A program made the translations under genes and the position numbers. The notes below the pieces were generated by a model that did not search any database, was not told where the DNA came from, and worked only from the letters and a program-made list of their open reading frames with translations. Below are positions 34,746 to 36,550 of a DNA stretch of 36,550 nt, in pieces. The stretch is from an uncultured virus (IMG/VR IMGVR_UViG_3300021087_000006) (taxonomy: Duplodnaviria > Heunggongvirae > Uroviricota > Caudoviricetes): IMG/VR virus record IMGVR_UViG_3300021087_000006; one strand, 5' to 3'. Numbering within the stretch: position 1 is the first letter of the stretch; each line of letters starts with the position of its first letter.

Positions 34746-35122
34746 TGGCTGAGTCAGAGGGTAGAACGGGGCCTAGAAAGGACACCGTTCCTAATATTGT
34801 TGGTCAAACTACGACCAATGCTGACTCACAGATAACGTCGGCCGGATTCACGGTAGGAAGTAAATCGACTACTAACGCTACTGGTTCACAGACAATAAAT
34901 ACCGTAGTGTCACAGGTGGTAGCGGCTAGTACAGAATACCCATTGGGAATGGCCATTGACTATACTTACTACAGCCCGTACTTCCCACCACACTTCCCAC
35001 CACACTTCCCGCCTCACTTTCCGCCACATTTCCCACCGTTCTTCCCACCGTTCTTCCCACCGTTTTTCCCACCGTTTTTCCCACCACACTTCCCGCCTCA
35101 CTTTCCGCCACATTTTGAGTAG
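34745..35122 (+). CDS. PASTA-domain protein with an (FPP[H/F])11 tail
   Basis: VPNIVGQ....A...ITSAGFTV...VVSQ (PASTA) followed by a tetrapeptide repeat. Confidence 0.8.
   Translation: MAESEGRTGPRKDTVPNIVGQTTTNADSQITSAGFTVGSKSTTNATGSQTINTVVSQVVAASTEYPLGMAIDYTYYSPYFPPHFPPHFPPHFPPHFPPFFPPFFPPFFPPFFPPHFPPHFPPHFE
34982..35113 (+). repeat. 11 x 12-bp coding tandem repeat (FPPH x4, FPPF x4, FPPH x3)
   Basis: Read directly; synonymous codon variation among units. Confidence 0.95.
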
Positions 35123-35133
35123 ACTAGGGGGTC

Positions 35134-35889
35134 ATGGACAAAAGAGTGGCCCGAGTGGACAAAATGAGATTCTATGGGGACTGGCCTAAGGTCAAACCCA
35201 ATGAGATTCTGGTCATTCCAAAAGATGACCGTCTTTTAGAGTTTCCACCATTTCGCAATTCAACTGGCTACCCTGAGTGGTTCAAGAATGCGCCAAAGAT
35301 AGAGATAGACGAATTAACAATTCAAAACTGTAAGGGCATACAGGATTACCTGTCACTGGGTATAACAGTACCGCTTTGGGGGGACGTTAGGGTACAGCCT
35401 ACAGAGGGTGGGGTGTCGGCGGCTATGGCTGACCCTTTCTTTACTACTACACAGTTTCCTAAATCGTCTGTAGAAGGTTGTCCAATTATGGATGATGTTC
35501 CCATGCCTCACGCAGGGTGTCCAGATTTAAGGTCTCCTTTTCTGTATAAAACCGCACCCGGGTATTCACTTCTAGCATTGCCCATATTGTACGAGCCAGA
35601 CACTAGATACCAAGTGTTACCATCCGTTGTGAATACCGACTATTTCCACAGAGTAAATCTGATATTTAGGGTGTTGACTGACGAGGAGTTTATTATCCCT
35701 GCTGGAACCCCGGTATATCACCTGATACCATTTAAACGTAAGGGTGGATCAAAAGTAAAAAAGGTCATAATGGGAGATTCTAGAATGTTTCCGATGTTAA
35801 AGAACAGAGGCATAGGTTGGGGAGGGTTTGAAACCTTCAGGCGTAAGAGGTTATATAGACAACATCAAAGGCAATCTGATGGAGAATAA
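35134..35889 (+). CDS. conserved hypothetical protein (possible beta-clip/double-stranded beta-helix fold)
   Basis: PEWFK..TI..C.GI.D...G...PLW.D...TAPGYS...VNTD...IPAGTP...LIPFKR pattern. Confidence 0.7.
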   Translation: MDKRVARVDKMRFYGDWPKVKPNEILVIPKDDRLLEFPPFRNSTGYPEWFKNAPKIEIDELTIQNCKGIQDYLSLGITVPLWGDVRVQPTEGGVSAAMADPFFTTTQFPKSSVEGCPIMDDVPMPHAGCPDLRSPFLYKTAPGYSLLALPILYEPDTRYQVLPSVVNTDYFHRVNLIFRVLTDEEFIIPAGTPVYHLIPFKRKGGSKVKKVIMGDSRMFPMLKNRGIGWGGFETFRRKRLYRQHQRQSDGE

Positions 35890-36538
35890 AGTGGAAGAAT
35901 CTTTAATAGAGCCGGGTCATTTTGGTGATTCAACTGACAATATAATTATAATTAAAGATTTTGTCTCTCCTTTAGATTTAGAACACATGGCGGCCTTTTT
36001 ACCCCACCTAAAGCAGTGGGACAACCCAAAAGAGACAGAGTACAACGAAGATGGTGTCTGTATCTATGATGCGTCGTACTGGTGGGATCGTGTTTGCGAG
36101 GGAGACACCTTGCACCGTGTGAATCCCTTTGTGTACGACATGGTAGCTAACTACACAAAAAAGATGGCCCATGTAATAGAGGATAAATTCGGAGTCTCGG
36201 TTTACACTAGAGATCCCGTGTTAGTTAGGTGGCTACCAGAATGTGTACAAGAGCCACATGCTGATAAGCAGTTAAACGATGGTTCTCCTAACCCTTTTCC
36301 CACATACGATATAAACTCCATCATATATTGGAATGACGATTTTGAAGGTGGTCAGTTTTACTACCCAGAGCACGGTATTGAGCTAGAGATAGAAGCAGGC
36401 ATGGCTGTGGTTCATCCGGGGGATATTAACTATCTACACGGCGTTAAGCCAGTAGTTTCTGGTGTAAGGTGGACAACACCATCGTTTTATACAATCACGT
36501 CGTTAAACACTTACGGACACTACGCATTTGGAGATTAA
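35879..36538 (+). CDS. 2OG-Fe(II) oxygenase, prolyl-4-hydroxylase-like
   Basis: HAD (HxD), Y.NDDFEGG..Y, YLHGV..V.SG.RWT; start reassigned to ATG 35879. Confidence 0.9.
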   Translation: MENKVEESLIEPGHFGDSTDNIIIIKDFVSPLDLEHMAAFLPHLKQWDNPKETEYNEDGVCIYDASYWWDRVCEGDTLHRVNPFVYDMVANYTKKMAHVIEDKFGVSVYTRDPVLVRWLPECVQEPHADKQLNDGSPNPFPTYDINSIIYWNDDFEGGQFYYPEHGIELEIEAGMAVVHPGDINYLHGVKPVVSGVRWTTPSFYTITSLNTYGHYAFGD

Positions 36539-36550
36539 ATGGAATACGCA

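Noticed and set aside
34910..35189. Alternative-frame repeat ORFs (W/R/E-rich and SHR-rich)
   Set aside because: By-products of the 12-bp repeat; third-position variation preserves only the FPP[H/F] frame.
1..36550. tRNA, rRNA, integrase or transposase
   Set aside because: No cloverleaf or T-loop in a proper context in the intergenic gaps, and no recombinase motifs seen by eye; tRNAscan-SE/ARAGORN would confirm.

Overview
This window is a gene-dense segment of a large dsDNA tailed-phage genome. The host is probably actinobacterial, inferred from a WhiB gene, a PASTA domain, an FmdB zinc ribbon, an actinobacterial-type LexA box and many leaderless TANNNT-N6-ATG gene starts. All family calls are by eye from motifs; no searches were run. 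Layout: (1) 0-6.9 kb holds a HAD-like gene, a possible TGT-like Cys-cluster protein, WhiB, a lytic transglycosylase, a secreted Thr-rich protein and an AP2-like protein. (2) 6.9-18.1 kb is a + strand block of translationally coupled small genes (DUF932, DUF1281/YubB-like, SNF2 helicase, DUF6011-like). The 6.7-14.3 kb stretch carries eight identical co-oriented copies of AAACATCGTAATGT, and the block appears to lack GGCC. (3) 18.1-18.7 kb is a structured non-coding boundary. (4) 18.7-26.5 kb holds FmdB, a two-domain beta-clamp-like gene and a cluster of effector-like genes (two ParB/Srx-like, a Cys-His-Asp protein, an Arr-like ADP-ribosyltransferase, a polysaccharide-lyase-like protein). Several of these share short terminal xxxQF or QxxLF motifs or paired conserved N-termini. 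(5) An iteron plus AT-rich origin-like element lies just upstream of a class II ribonucleotide reductase. (6) 29.5-36.5 kb is a tail/fibre module ending in a PASTA-(FPPH/F)11 protein followed by a 2OG-Fe(II) oxygenase. I found no rRNA, tRNA, CRISPR array, integrase or transposase.
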